Positions 26,847 to 34,236 of a DNA stretch of 35,673 bases are shown here, in pieces (the stretch's first letter is position 1; every line of letters begins with the position of its first letter). Source of the stretch: Thermodesulfobacteriota bacterium (GTDB lineage: Bacteria > DASVDK01); the NCBI GenBank assembly GCA_036562265.1, contig DATCKS010000522.1:1-35673 (forward strand), given 5' to 3'. The notes below the pieces were generated by a model, which was not told where the DNA came from, did not search any database, and was given only the letters and a program-made list of their open reading frames with translations. Position numbers and translations under genes: made by a program.

Positions 26847-27505
26847 TCGCCGCGCATCTCCTCGCCGTCCTCGCCGCCGCCGTGCTCGCCGCGCCGGCGG
26901 CGGGGACGGCCTTCGAGGGGCCGCGGCTCGTCGGCACCTGGCTCGTGCCGGGGCAGGCCGGCTCGGCCGTCTTCGAGGACGCCTCGGGCCGGCAGGTCGC
27001 CAGGCGGGTGGGGGACCTCGTGGCGCCGGGCCTGCGTCTCGCGGCGGTGCGGCGGGGCGCGGTGGACCTCGTCGACGACGCGGGGCGTCGTCTCACCCTG
27101 CGCACCGGCCGCGGCGGCGGCCGCGTGCCCGAGCCGGTCGACGGCGTGCGTCTCGCACGGGCCGCGCCGGTCGACGCCGGGCGCCTCGCGCACGCCGGGC
27201 CGGTCGATAGGGACGGCCACCCGCTGCACGTGCGGCACGGGTCGCGGCTCGCGCGCGCGCACGAGGAGGGGCGGTTCGCGGGGCTCAGGCTCGTCGGCGG
27301 GCCGCCCGACACGCCGCTCGTGCGGGCGGGGCTTCGGCCGGGTGACCTCATCGTCGCGGTCGACGGCCGCGAGCTCGACGGCGACGATCCGCAACTGGTT
27401 CCCTCGCTCCTCGAGGCGCTCGACGCCGCCGACGCCGAGTCGCCGCTCCTCGTCGAGGCGCGGCGCGGCGACGAGGTGATCCGCGTGGCCGTCGGCGAGC
27501 CCTGA
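26843..27505 (+). CDS. GspC/PilP-like protein: signal/anchor + HR (secretin-interaction type) domain + PDZ domain
   Basis: N-terminal hydrophobic segment IAAHLLAVLAAAVLAAPAAG. HR-like pattern LVGTWLVPGQAGSAVFEDASGRQVARRVGDLVAPGLRLAAVRRGAVDLVDDAGRRLTL. PDZ-like segment FAGLRLVGGPPDTPLVRAGLRPGDLIVAVDGRELD. GTGA overlap upstream. Confidence 0.65.
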   Translation: MIAAHLLAVLAAAVLAAPAAGTAFEGPRLVGTWLVPGQAGSAVFEDASGRQVARRVGDLVAPGLRLAAVRRGAVDLVDDAGRRLTLRTGRGGGRVPEPVDGVRLARAAPVDAGRLAHAGPVDRDGHPLHVRHGSRLARAHEEGRFAGLRLVGGPPDTPLVRAGLRPGDLIVAVDGRELDGDDPQLVPSLLEALDAADAESPLLVEARRGDEVIRVAVGEP

Positions 27506-27524
27506 CGCCGCAGCCCGTCCGGCT

Positions 27525-27540
27525 TGGCATGTGCCTTGCT
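27525..27540 (+). promoter_or_regulatory. Sigma-54 (-24/-12) promoter candidate TGGCATG-TGCC-TTGCT
   Basis: It matches TGGCACG-N4-TTGCW with a single C-to-T change. GG is at 27526-27527 and GC at 27538-27539. It fills most of the short gap after the stop at 27505. The -12 C is 15 nt from the in-frame GTG at 27554. A 7-bp inverted repeat flanks it: CCGTCCG (27515-27521) and CGGACGG (27546-27552). Confidence 0.6.
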
Positions 27541-27553
27541 GGACGCGGACGGC

Positions 27554-28717
27554 GTGAGCGCCGTTCCCCGCGAAGCGAGCCCCGGCAGCCCCCCTCGGCC
27601 TCGGCGCCCGGTCACGATCCTCCACATGATGGAGACGCCCGACCCGGGCGGGGCCGAGCGGATGCTGCTCGTGCTCCTCGATCGTCTCGATCCCGCGCGT
27701 TACCGCTCGTGCGTCCTCACCTGGCGCGAGGGGTGGCTCAACGAGGAGGTGCGCCGGCGCGGGATCCCGACGGCGAGCCTGCCGCTCGCCCGCCCCATCG
27801 ATCCGACCTGGCCCGCACGGCTCCTCCCGCGGCTGGCGGAGTGGCAGGTGGATCTCCTCCATGCCCACGAGTTCGCCATGAATACCTACGGCGCGATCGC
27901 CGCCAGGCTGGCGCGCAAGCCGATGGTCGCCACGGTTCACGGCAAACAGTACTACGGCGAGCGCTTCCATCGTCGACTGGCCTACCGGTTCGTCGGCAAG
28001 GCCGCCTTCCGCATGGTCGCCGTCTCCCGCGACATCGCCCGCGACCTCACCGAGCGGGTGGGGGTCCGACCGGACGGGCTCGTCACCATCTACAACGGCG
28101 TCGACCTCGCCGCCGTGCGCCGGCCGGGCGAGGGGCGACGGTTGCGGCGGGAGCTGGGCCTCGCCGAGGGGGCGCCGGTCGTCGGCGCCATCGGCAACCT
28201 CCTGCCGGTCAAGGGGCACATCTTCCTCGTCCAGGCGGCCGCGCGCCTGGTGCGCGACTGGCCCGACCTGACCGTGCTCCTCTGCGGCCGGCCGGTCCTC
28301 GGCCCCGACCTCGAGCGCCAGGCCGAGCGGCTCGGCCTGGCCGGGCGCGTCCGCGTCCTCGGGTTCCGCGACGACGTCGGCGCCCTCCTCGACGCCTTCG
28401 ACGTCTTCGTCCTGCCCTCGCTCTCCGAGGGGCTCTCGCTCGCCCTCCTCGAGGCGATGGCGGCCGGCACGCCGGTCGTCGCCACCGCCGTCGGCGGCAC
28501 CCCCGAGCTGGTCCGCGACGGCGAAACCGGCCTCCTCGTGCCGCCCGGCGACGCCGCCGCGCTCGCGGCCGCGATCGGGCGGCTCCTCGCCGACCGGACG
28601 CTGGCGCAACGGCTGGCCGCGAGCGCGCGGGCCCACGTGGAGTCGAGCTTCGGCGCCGACGCCATGGCGGCCCGGTACGACGCGCTCTACGCGGAGATGA
28701 TCGGCGCGAGGCGATGA
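27554..28717 (+). CDS. Family 4 (GT-B) glycosyltransferase
   Basis: N-terminal strand VTILHMMETPDPGGAE. C-terminal EX7E region EGLSLALLEAMAAGTPVVATAVGGTPELVRDGETGLLVPPGD. The start is uncertain. The ORF track uses the TTG at 27524, which lies inside the promoter motif. GTG at 27554 is the only other in-frame start upstream of the first conserved strand. Confidence 0.85.
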   Translation: MSAVPREASPGSPPRPRRPVTILHMMETPDPGGAERMLLVLLDRLDPARYRSCVLTWREGWLNEEVRRRGIPTASLPLARPIDPTWPARLLPRLAEWQVDLLHAHEFAMNTYGAIAARLARKPMVATVHGKQYYGERFHRRLAYRFVGKAAFRMVAVSRDIARDLTERVGVRPDGLVTIYNGVDLAAVRRPGEGRRLRRELGLAEGAPVVGAIGNLLPVKGHIFLVQAAARLVRDWPDLTVLLCGRPVLGPDLERQAERLGLAGRVRVLGFRDDVGALLDAFDVFVLPSLSEGLSLALLEAMAAGTPVVATAVGGTPELVRDGETGLLVPPGDAAALAAAIGRLLADRTLAQRLAASARAHVESSFGADAMAARYDALYAEMIGARR

Positions 28718-29832
28718 GGATCGTGCACGTCGCCTCGGGCGACCTCTGGGCCGGCGCGGAGGTCCAGGTCTTCACCCTCCTCGAGTTCCTCAGGCGCGAC
28801 CCCGCGCTCGACGTGCACGCCGTCGTGCTGAACGACCGGGAACTCGCGCAAAGGCTGCGCGAGGCGGACGTGCCGGTGACGGTGGTCGACGAGACGCGGC
28901 TCACCGCGGTCGCCATCCTCGGCCGGCTCGTCCGGATCCTGCGGCGACTCCGTCCCGACGTCGTCCACACCCACCGCTACAAGGAGAACATCCTCGGGGG
29001 GCTCGCGGCCGCCGCCGCCGGCGTGCCGGCCAGCGTGTGCACCGTGCACGGTCTCACGGAGCGCTACACCGGCTTCGCCCGGCTCAAGATGGGCCTCTAC
29101 ACGGCGCTCGACCACGCGGTCATCCGCGGCCGCCGCCAGACGGTCGTGGCGGTGTCGGCGGACATGGCCCGGCGCCTCGCGCCGCGCCTCGGGCCGGCGA
29201 TCTGCCTCATCCCGAACGGGATCCGACTGCCCGAGGACGCGCCGTCCGATCGGCCGAGCTGGCCCGTCGGGGCGCCGGGCGGCGTCGTGCTCGGCACGGC
29301 GGCGCGGCTCGTCCCGGTCAAGGGGCTCGACGTCCTGCTCGAGGCGCTGCGCCTCGTGTCCGGCGCCGTCGGCGACGTCCGCCTGCTCGTCGTCGGCGAC
29401 GGCCCCCTCCGCCCGGCGCTCGAGGCGCGCGCGGCCGCCCTCGGCCTCGCGGATCGGACCTGGTTCGTCGGCCACCGGACCGACGTGCCGCGCTGGCTCG
29501 CCGCCATGGACGTCTTCGTCCTGCCGTCGTTCGCCGAGGGGCTTCCGATGTCGCTCCTCGAGGCGATGGCCGCGGGACGGCCGATCGTGGCGAGCCGGGT
29601 CGGCGGCGTGCCGGAGGTCGTGCGCGACGGCGTCGAGGGGCGTCTCGTGCCGCCCGGGGACCCACGCGCGCTCGCCGAGGCCTGCCTGGCGCTCGCGACC
29701 GACCCCGACGCCCGGGCGGCGCTCGGCGCGGCGGCGCGGCGGCGCGTCGCCGAGGCCTTCACGATCGACGCGACCGGCCCGCGCTACGTCGCCCTCTATC
29801 GCCGGCTCGCGTCGACGAGGGCGGCGGCGTGA
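28714..29832 (+). CDS. Family 4 (GT-B) glycosyltransferase
   Basis: MRIVHVASGDLWAGAEV and EGLPMSLLEAMAAGRPIVASRVGGVPEVVRDGVEGRLVPPGD. ATGA overlap upstream. Confidence 0.9.
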   Translation: MRIVHVASGDLWAGAEVQVFTLLEFLRRDPALDVHAVVLNDRELAQRLREADVPVTVVDETRLTAVAILGRLVRILRRLRPDVVHTHRYKENILGGLAAAAAGVPASVCTVHGLTERYTGFARLKMGLYTALDHAVIRGRRQTVVAVSADMARRLAPRLGPAICLIPNGIRLPEDAPSDRPSWPVGAPGGVVLGTAARLVPVKGLDVLLEALRLVSGAVGDVRLLVVGDGPLRPALEARAAALGLADRTWFVGHRTDVPRWLAAMDVFVLPSFAEGLPMSLLEAMAAGRPIVASRVGGVPEVVRDGVEGRLVPPGDPRALAEACLALATDPDARAALGAAARRRVAEAFTIDATGPRYVALYRRLASTRAAA

Positions 29833-31127
29833 GCCGGCGCCTGCGGATCCTCTGGCTGTCGCACATGCTGCCGCACCCGCCGGTGAGCGGCGCCCTCCAG
29901 CGGGCGTTCCACCTCCTCGCCGGCGCGGCGGCGGCGCACGACGTCACCCTCGTGAGCTTCACCCAGCGGTCCCTCCTGCGGACGCGGGAGGAGGTGGCGG
30001 CGGCCGTACGGGCGCTCGAACCGCGCTGCCGCGAGGTCGTCGTCTGCGACGTGCCGTCCGACCGGTCGCGCGCTGCCCGCGCGGCGGCGCTCCTCGCGGC
30101 CGGGCTCTCGACACGGCCGTTCATGGCGCGCCGCTTCGCCTCCCGTGCCTTCACCGCGGAAGTCGCCCGCGTCGCGGCGGCGACCCGGTTCGACCTGGTC
30201 CACGTCGACACGATCGGGCTCGCCCCGTACGCGGACCTCGTGCCGGGCGTCCCGTTCGCCCTCGACCACCACAACGTCGAGTCGCACCTCGCCGGCCGCC
30301 GGGCCGCGGCGACCCGCCCGGGTCCGGCCCGGCTCTACCTCGCGGCCGAGGCAGCCAAGCTCGCCGCGCTCGAGCGGCGCTACGCGCGGGCCGCCGCCGT
30401 GAACCTCGTCTGCTCGGCGCTCGACGCCGAACGGCTGTCGGCCGTCGCGCCCGGCGCCCGGACGGCGGTCGTGCCCAACGGGACCGACCCCGCGCGACTC
30501 GGCCGCCCGCGCCGCGCGCCCGAACCGGGCCACCTCCTCTTCGTCGGCGGGCTCTCGTGGTTCCCCAACGCGAACGGCCTGCGCTGGTTCCTGCGGGAGG
30601 TCTGGCCGGTCGTGCGCGCGTCGCGCGGCGATGCGCGCCTCACGGTCGTCGGCGCCGACCCGCCGCCGGACCTGCGTCGGGCGGCGTCGGCCGACTCCCG
30701 GATCGTCCTGGCCGGTCGGGTCGAGGACGTCGCGCCCGCCTTCGCGCGCGCCGCCGCCTTCGTCTGTCCCATCCTCGACGGCGGCGGCACGCGGCTCAAG
30801 GTGCTCGACGCCCTGGCGGCGAGGACGCCGGTCGTCTCCACGACGCTCGGCTGCGAGGGACTCGACCTCGAGCCCGAGCGCCACTACCTCGCCGCCGACG
30901 ACGCCGCGACGTTCGCCCGGCAGACGCTGCGGCTCCTCGCCGACCCCGGCCTTGCCGACGCGCTCGCCGAGGCCGGCCGCCGCGTCGTCGTCGACCGTTT
31001 CGCCTGGCCGCGCATCATCCCGCGTCAGCTCGACGCCTACGAGGCCGCCGTCGCACACCCCCGGGGTCAGGCCTTTCCATTTTCCATGGGGTCAGGCCTT
31101 TCCATTTTCCACACCGGGGAGCGTTGA
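29829..31127 (+). CDS. Family 4 (GT-B) glycosyltransferase (resembles the PEP-CTERM/EpsH1-associated sugar transferase type)
   Basis: LRILWLSHMLPHPPVSGALQRAFHLL, FVGGLSWFPNANGLRWF, GGGTRLKVLDALAARTPVVSTTLGCEGL. The last 20 or so codons run through an AT-richer 25-bp tandem repeat and are probably not ancestral coding sequence. Confidence 0.85.
   Translation: MSRRLRILWLSHMLPHPPVSGALQRAFHLLAGAAAAHDVTLVSFTQRSLLRTREEVAAAVRALEPRCREVVVCDVPSDRSRAARAAALLAAGLSTRPFMARRFASRAFTAEVARVAAATRFDLVHVDTIGLAPYADLVPGVPFALDHHNVESHLAGRRAAATRPGPARLYLAAEAAKLAALERRYARAAAVNLVCSALDAERLSAVAPGARTAVVPNGTDPARLGRPRRAPEPGHLLFVGGLSWFPNANGLRWFLREVWPVVRASRGDARLTVVGADPPPDLRRAASADSRIVLAGRVEDVAPAFARAAAFVCPILDGGGTRLKVLDALAARTPVVSTTLGCEGLDLEPERHYLAADDAATFARQTLRLLADPGLADALAEAGRRVVVDRFAWPRIIPRQLDAYEAAVAHPRGQAFPFSMGSGLSIFHTGER
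31063..31112. repeat. Perfect-phase tandem direct repeat, 2 x 25 bp (GGGGTCAGGCCTTTCCATTTTCCAT / ...CCAC)
   Basis: Read directly: 31063-31087 and 31088-31112 are identical at 24 of 25 positions. GC content is far lower than the surroundings. Each unit contains the sub-repeat TTCCAT-T-TTCCA. It sits at the junction of convergent genes. Confidence 0.9.
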
Positions 31128-31139
31128 GCCCAGGTCCGG

Positions 31140-31799
31140 TCAGAAGCTCCAGGTGAGGTCGAGGCGGACCTCGGGGCCGCCTCGGGTGGTGGACTGGCCG
31201 CCGGTGAACGCGAGGATCAGGCGATCGGAGAGGGGGCGGCGGACGGTCATCTCGATCCGCTCGGTGAAGGGCCGGTAGGCGAGGCGCCAGTCGAGGACGC
31301 CCCGCACGAGGTGGAGCCCCGGAGCGAGATCGAAGCCCTCGCCGACGGCGTTGACGCGAAGCCGCAGCGAGAACCGGTCGTCGACCTCCGGCCCGTCGCG
31401 CGGCATCCCGGCCGCGAGCGTCTCGCCTGCCGCGTCGGGGTCGTCGCCCGCGATCTTCAGGGTGGCGTGCCGGCGGTAGCGGGCCTCGAGACGACGCAGG
31501 AGCGGGACCTGCTCGATCACCTCGTCGGCCAGCTCGTCGCCGAGCCGGTCGAGGTAGGCGCGCGCCACGCGCGCCCGCGAGTCGTCGAGCCGTTCCCGTC
31601 CGACCCGGTCGGCGGCCGCCGACATCGCCGCCGCGGCGCCCGGGCTCTGGAACCGGCTGCGATAGTCGAGCTCGACGGCGAGATCGACCCGCGGTCCCGG
31701 GACGAAGACGTCGGCCAGCGCCGCGAGCAGCGGGGAGGGGACGAGACAGATCGCTCCGGCGGAGAGGACTCCCATCGCCGCCCATCGCGCACGCGCCAC
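31140..31799 (-). CDS. Hypothetical secreted/outer-membrane-associated protein, co-oriented downstream of the GGDEF/HD-GYP gene
   Basis: Only the last ~219 codons of the 861-aa reverse ORF look like real protein. A GTG start at 31799 gives the signal-like N-terminus VARARWAAMGVLSAGAICLVPSPLLAALA. The alternative ATG is at 31775. The protein ends ...RLDLTWSF, an aromatic C-terminus as in OM proteins. I recognise no family. Confidence 0.5.
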   Translation of the reverse strand: MARARWAAMGVLSAGAICLVPSPLLAALADVFVPGPRVDLAVELDYRSRFQSPGAAAAMSAAADRVGRERLDDSRARVARAYLDRLGDELADEVIEQVPLLRRLEARYRRHATLKIAGDDPDAAGETLAAGMPRDGPEVDDRFSLRLRVNAVGEGFDLAPGLHLVRGVLDWRLAYRPFTERIEMTVRRPLSDRLILAFTGGQSTTRGGPEVRLDLTWSF

Positions 31800-31843
31800 G
31801 GCATGCTCCGTCGACCCTCCCGGGAAGACGTGACGAACGGAGG

Positions 31844-34060
31844 CTATGCAGCCGGCATGCCCGACCCGCGCCGGATGATGCGGCCGAGGGCTGCGACCAC
31901 GCGGTAGTCGAACTCGGAACCGGCGCGCCGCGTAAGCTCGGCGAGCGCCTCCTCCTGCGAGAGCGCCGGGCGGTAGGGGCGCGGCGACGTCATGGCGTCG
32001 AACGCGTCGGCGACCGACAGGATGCGGGTCGGGAGCGGGATCTGCGCGCCGGCGAGCCCCTCGGGATAGCCGCTGCCGTCGAGCCGCTCGTGGTGCGAGA
32101 GGACCATCGCGCGCTCGGCCTCGAAACCGGGGACCGCCTCGAGGATCTTGGCGCCGAGCGTCGCGTGCGTGCGCGCCAGACGGGTCTCGGCCTCGGTGAG
32201 CGGGCCGGCCTTGCGGAAGAGATCGCCGGTGATCGCGAGGCGGCCGATGTCGTGCAGCCGCCCCGCCACCCGCAGGCGCGCGAGCTGCGGTTCCGGCAGG
32301 AGCAGCTCGCGGCCGATGGCGCACGCGAGGTCGGCCACGCGCCGGCCGTGGCCGTGGAAGCCGCTGCGCGCGTCCACCATGACGGCGATCGCCGAGGCCG
32401 CGAGTTCGAGAAAGCGCCGCTGCTCGCGCTCGAGGCCGACCCCCTCGCGCACGAAGTCCGCGATCGGCTCGGCCAGGGCGAGGACCACGTCGAGGTCGGC
32501 CTCCGTGAAGGCCTCGCGGCGTCGCGGGTTGGCCACGTGGAGCGTGCCGATCACCTCGTCGCCGGCGACGAGCGGCACGGCGAGACAGGAGCGGCTCGTG
32601 TAGTCGCCCGACCCGTTGGGCCGAAGCCCCGGCACCGTGGCCGCCAGCGCCGTGATGTCCGGCGTGGCGAAGGCGCGCCGCGTGGCGGCGACGACCCCGG
32701 CCACCCCCTCGCCGAGCCGCACGCGAAACGTGGCCAGCACGGCCGGCGAGGCGCTCTGGCCGTGGGCGCTCTTGACGACCAGCTCTCCACGCTCGCGGTC
32801 GAGCACCATGAGCGAGGCCCGGCCGCCGCCGACGGCCTCCATCGCCATGCGGGAGAGGAGGTCGAGGAGCTGGCCGACGGTCGCGAAGGAGTTCACCGCC
32901 CGCATGACGAGGTCGTAGTCGATCGTGCCGGAGGCGTCGGCCGCGGGCACGTCCTCGGGCGGAAGCTCGGCCGCCTGGACCACGCGGTTGCGGCCGAGCG
33001 CCTTCGCCCGGTAGAGCGCCAGGTCGGCCGCGCGCACCAGGTCGGCCGGTTCGCGCGCGTCGCCCGGCGCCGTGGCGGTGCCGATGGAGATCGTGAGCCG
33101 CACGTCGGGCTCGGGCCCCGACCCGGGGAACCGGTGCCGCTCGACCGCCTCCGCCACGCGGCGGGCGAAGGTGAGGGCGCCGACCTCGTCGGTCTCGGGG
33201 AGGATCACCGCGAACTCCTCCCCCCCGAAGCGGCACGCGGTGTCGCCGCGCCGCGTCGCGTGGCCGAGGATGCGGGCCACGTCGCGCAGCGCCTGGTCGC
33301 CCGCGGCGTGGCCGTAGCGGTCGTTGTAGGCCTTGAAGTGGTCGACGTCCGCCATGAGGAGCGACAGCGGGCGCCTGGCGCGGAGCCCCCGCGTCAGCTC
33401 GCGGGCAAGCGTCTCGTCGAAATACCGCCGGTTGTAGAGACCGGTGACCGGATCGGTGGTCGCCAGGCGGGCGAGGAGCGCGCGGTCCTGGTGGCGGTGG
33501 AGGATCGCCTCGGCCTGGACCGCGAGGATCATGAGGAACCGGGCGTCCTCCGTCGAGAAGGCGCCGCGCCGCCGGGCGAACAGCTCGAGCGCGCCGCGCG
33601 GCTGCCCCGCCACGAAGAGCGGGACCGAGAGGGCGGAGCCGGCCTCGAGGGGGCCGAGGACCGCCGCGGCTTCCGGATCGTCCGGCGACGGCAGCAGCAT
33701 CGGCTGGCCGAGTCCGAGCGTCCACTCGGTGAGGCGCGTCCCCTCCGCGAGGGCGTCGTCGAGCGGGGCCTCGATGCCGCGGGTGACCGCGAGCGTGAGC
33801 CGCTCGCGGTCCTCGTCCCAGAGGTAGAGGAGCGCTCGGTCGAAGCGCACCATCTCGGCGGCCTGATCGACGAGCACGTTCAGCGCCACGCCGAGGTCCA
33901 TCTGCAGCGCGCCGAGGAGGCTCGCCCGGAGGAGGACGTTGACGTGCGCCACCCGCCGCCTGATGGCCTGGGGCGTCAGCTCGGGCGCCAGCGCCTGGGC
34001 GAAGCGTCGCCCGGCGTCCAGTCGGCCTGCCGCGCTACGCGGGCGCACGTCCATGGACAT
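31844..34060 (-). CDS. Multidomain c-di-GMP turnover protein: GAF - GGDEF (diguanylate cyclase) - GAF - HD-GYP (phosphodiesterase)
   Basis: GGDEF domain DPVTGLYNRRYFDE...DVDHFKAYNDRYGHAAGDQAL...RFGGEEFAVIL, with an RxxD I-site (RRGD) five residues upstream of GGEEF. HD-GYP domain AGRLHDIGRLAI...SHHERLDGSGYPEGL...ADAFDAMTSPRPYR. Start choice: ATG at 34060 lies just downstream of the predicted sigma-54 +1. In-frame ATGs at 34072 and 34054 are alternatives. The ORF is open to 34234, but that would abut the divergent gene. Confidence 0.9.
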   Translation of the reverse strand: MSMDVRPRSAAGRLDAGRRFAQALAPELTPQAIRRRVAHVNVLLRASLLGALQMDLGVALNVLVDQAAEMVRFDRALLYLWDEDRERLTLAVTRGIEAPLDDALAEGTRLTEWTLGLGQPMLLPSPDDPEAAAVLGPLEAGSALSVPLFVAGQPRGALELFARRRGAFSTEDARFLMILAVQAEAILHRHQDRALLARLATTDPVTGLYNRRYFDETLARELTRGLRARRPLSLLMADVDHFKAYNDRYGHAAGDQALRDVARILGHATRRGDTACRFGGEEFAVILPETDEVGALTFARRVAEAVERHRFPGSGPEPDVRLTISIGTATAPGDAREPADLVRAADLALYRAKALGRNRVVQAAELPPEDVPAADASGTIDYDLVMRAVNSFATVGQLLDLLSRMAMEAVGGGRASLMVLDRERGELVVKSAHGQSASPAVLATFRVRLGEGVAGVVAATRRAFATPDITALAATVPGLRPNGSGDYTSRSCLAVPLVAGDEVIGTLHVANPRRREAFTEADLDVVLALAEPIADFVREGVGLEREQRRFLELAASAIAVMVDARSGFHGHGRRVADLACAIGRELLLPEPQLARLRVAGRLHDIGRLAITGDLFRKAGPLTEAETRLARTHATLGAKILEAVPGFEAERAMVLSHHERLDGSGYPEGLAGAQIPLPTRILSVADAFDAMTSPRPYRPALSQEEALAELTRRAGSEFDYRVVAALGRIIRRGSGMPAA

Positions 34061-34076
34061 GACGCACCGCATGCCG

Positions 34077-34092
34077 AGCAAGCGGTGTGCCA
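34077..34092 (-). promoter_or_regulatory. Sigma-54 (-24/-12) promoter candidate on the - strand: TGGCACA-CCGC-TTGCT
   Basis: The reverse complement of 34077-34092 reads TGGCACACCGCTTGCT, a perfect TGGCAC and TTGCT at canonical spacing. The -12 C is at 34078, so the predicted +1 is near 34066. That is 6 nt upstream of the ATG at 34060. Confidence 0.6.
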
Positions 34093-34124
34093 GAGGCAGA
34101 CCGGTCGTACCCGCCGCTGCTCGA

Positions 34125-34153
34125 TTGACACGCGCCGAGCAGGCACCAATAAT
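34125..34153 (+). promoter_or_regulatory. Sigma-70-type promoter candidate TTGACA-N17-AATAAT for the epimerase/dehydrogenase genes
   Basis: A perfect -35 TTGACA (34125-34130), a 17-nt spacer and a -10 AATAAT (34148-34153, 5 of 6 matches). It is followed by a 5' UTR hairpin CTCGGG-tcttcgg-CCCGAG (34169-34187) and SD GGAAGGGAG before the ATG at 34237. Confidence 0.55.
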
Positions 34154-34236
34154 CCCCGGAGGCGCTTGCTCGGGTCTTCGGCCCGAGTGGGGAGAATCGG
34201 GTGCGTCGGCCGGAGCGCCGCGGAAGGGAGACATCC

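Noticed and set aside
27524-27553. TTG start for the first GT4 (ORF track start)
   Set aside because: The TTG lies inside the TGGCATG-N4-TTGCT motif and has no Shine-Dalgarno sequence. It is retained only as an alternative if the sigma-54 promoter proves inactive.
31800-33725. Upstream ~640 codons of the 861-aa - strand ORF 31140-33725
   Set aside because: This part is an alternative frame of the GGDEF/HD-GYP gene and reads as Arg/Pro/Gly-rich nonsense. Only the last ~219 codons, downstream of that gene's stop, look like a real protein.
34061-34234. Longer N-terminus of the GGDEF/HD-GYP ORF (open to 34234, with an ATG at 34072)
   Set aside because: Starting at 34234 would leave no room for either divergent promoter and adds Pro/Ala/Gly-rich residues. 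The ATG at 34072 falls upstream of the predicted sigma-54 start site. It remains possible if another promoter is used.
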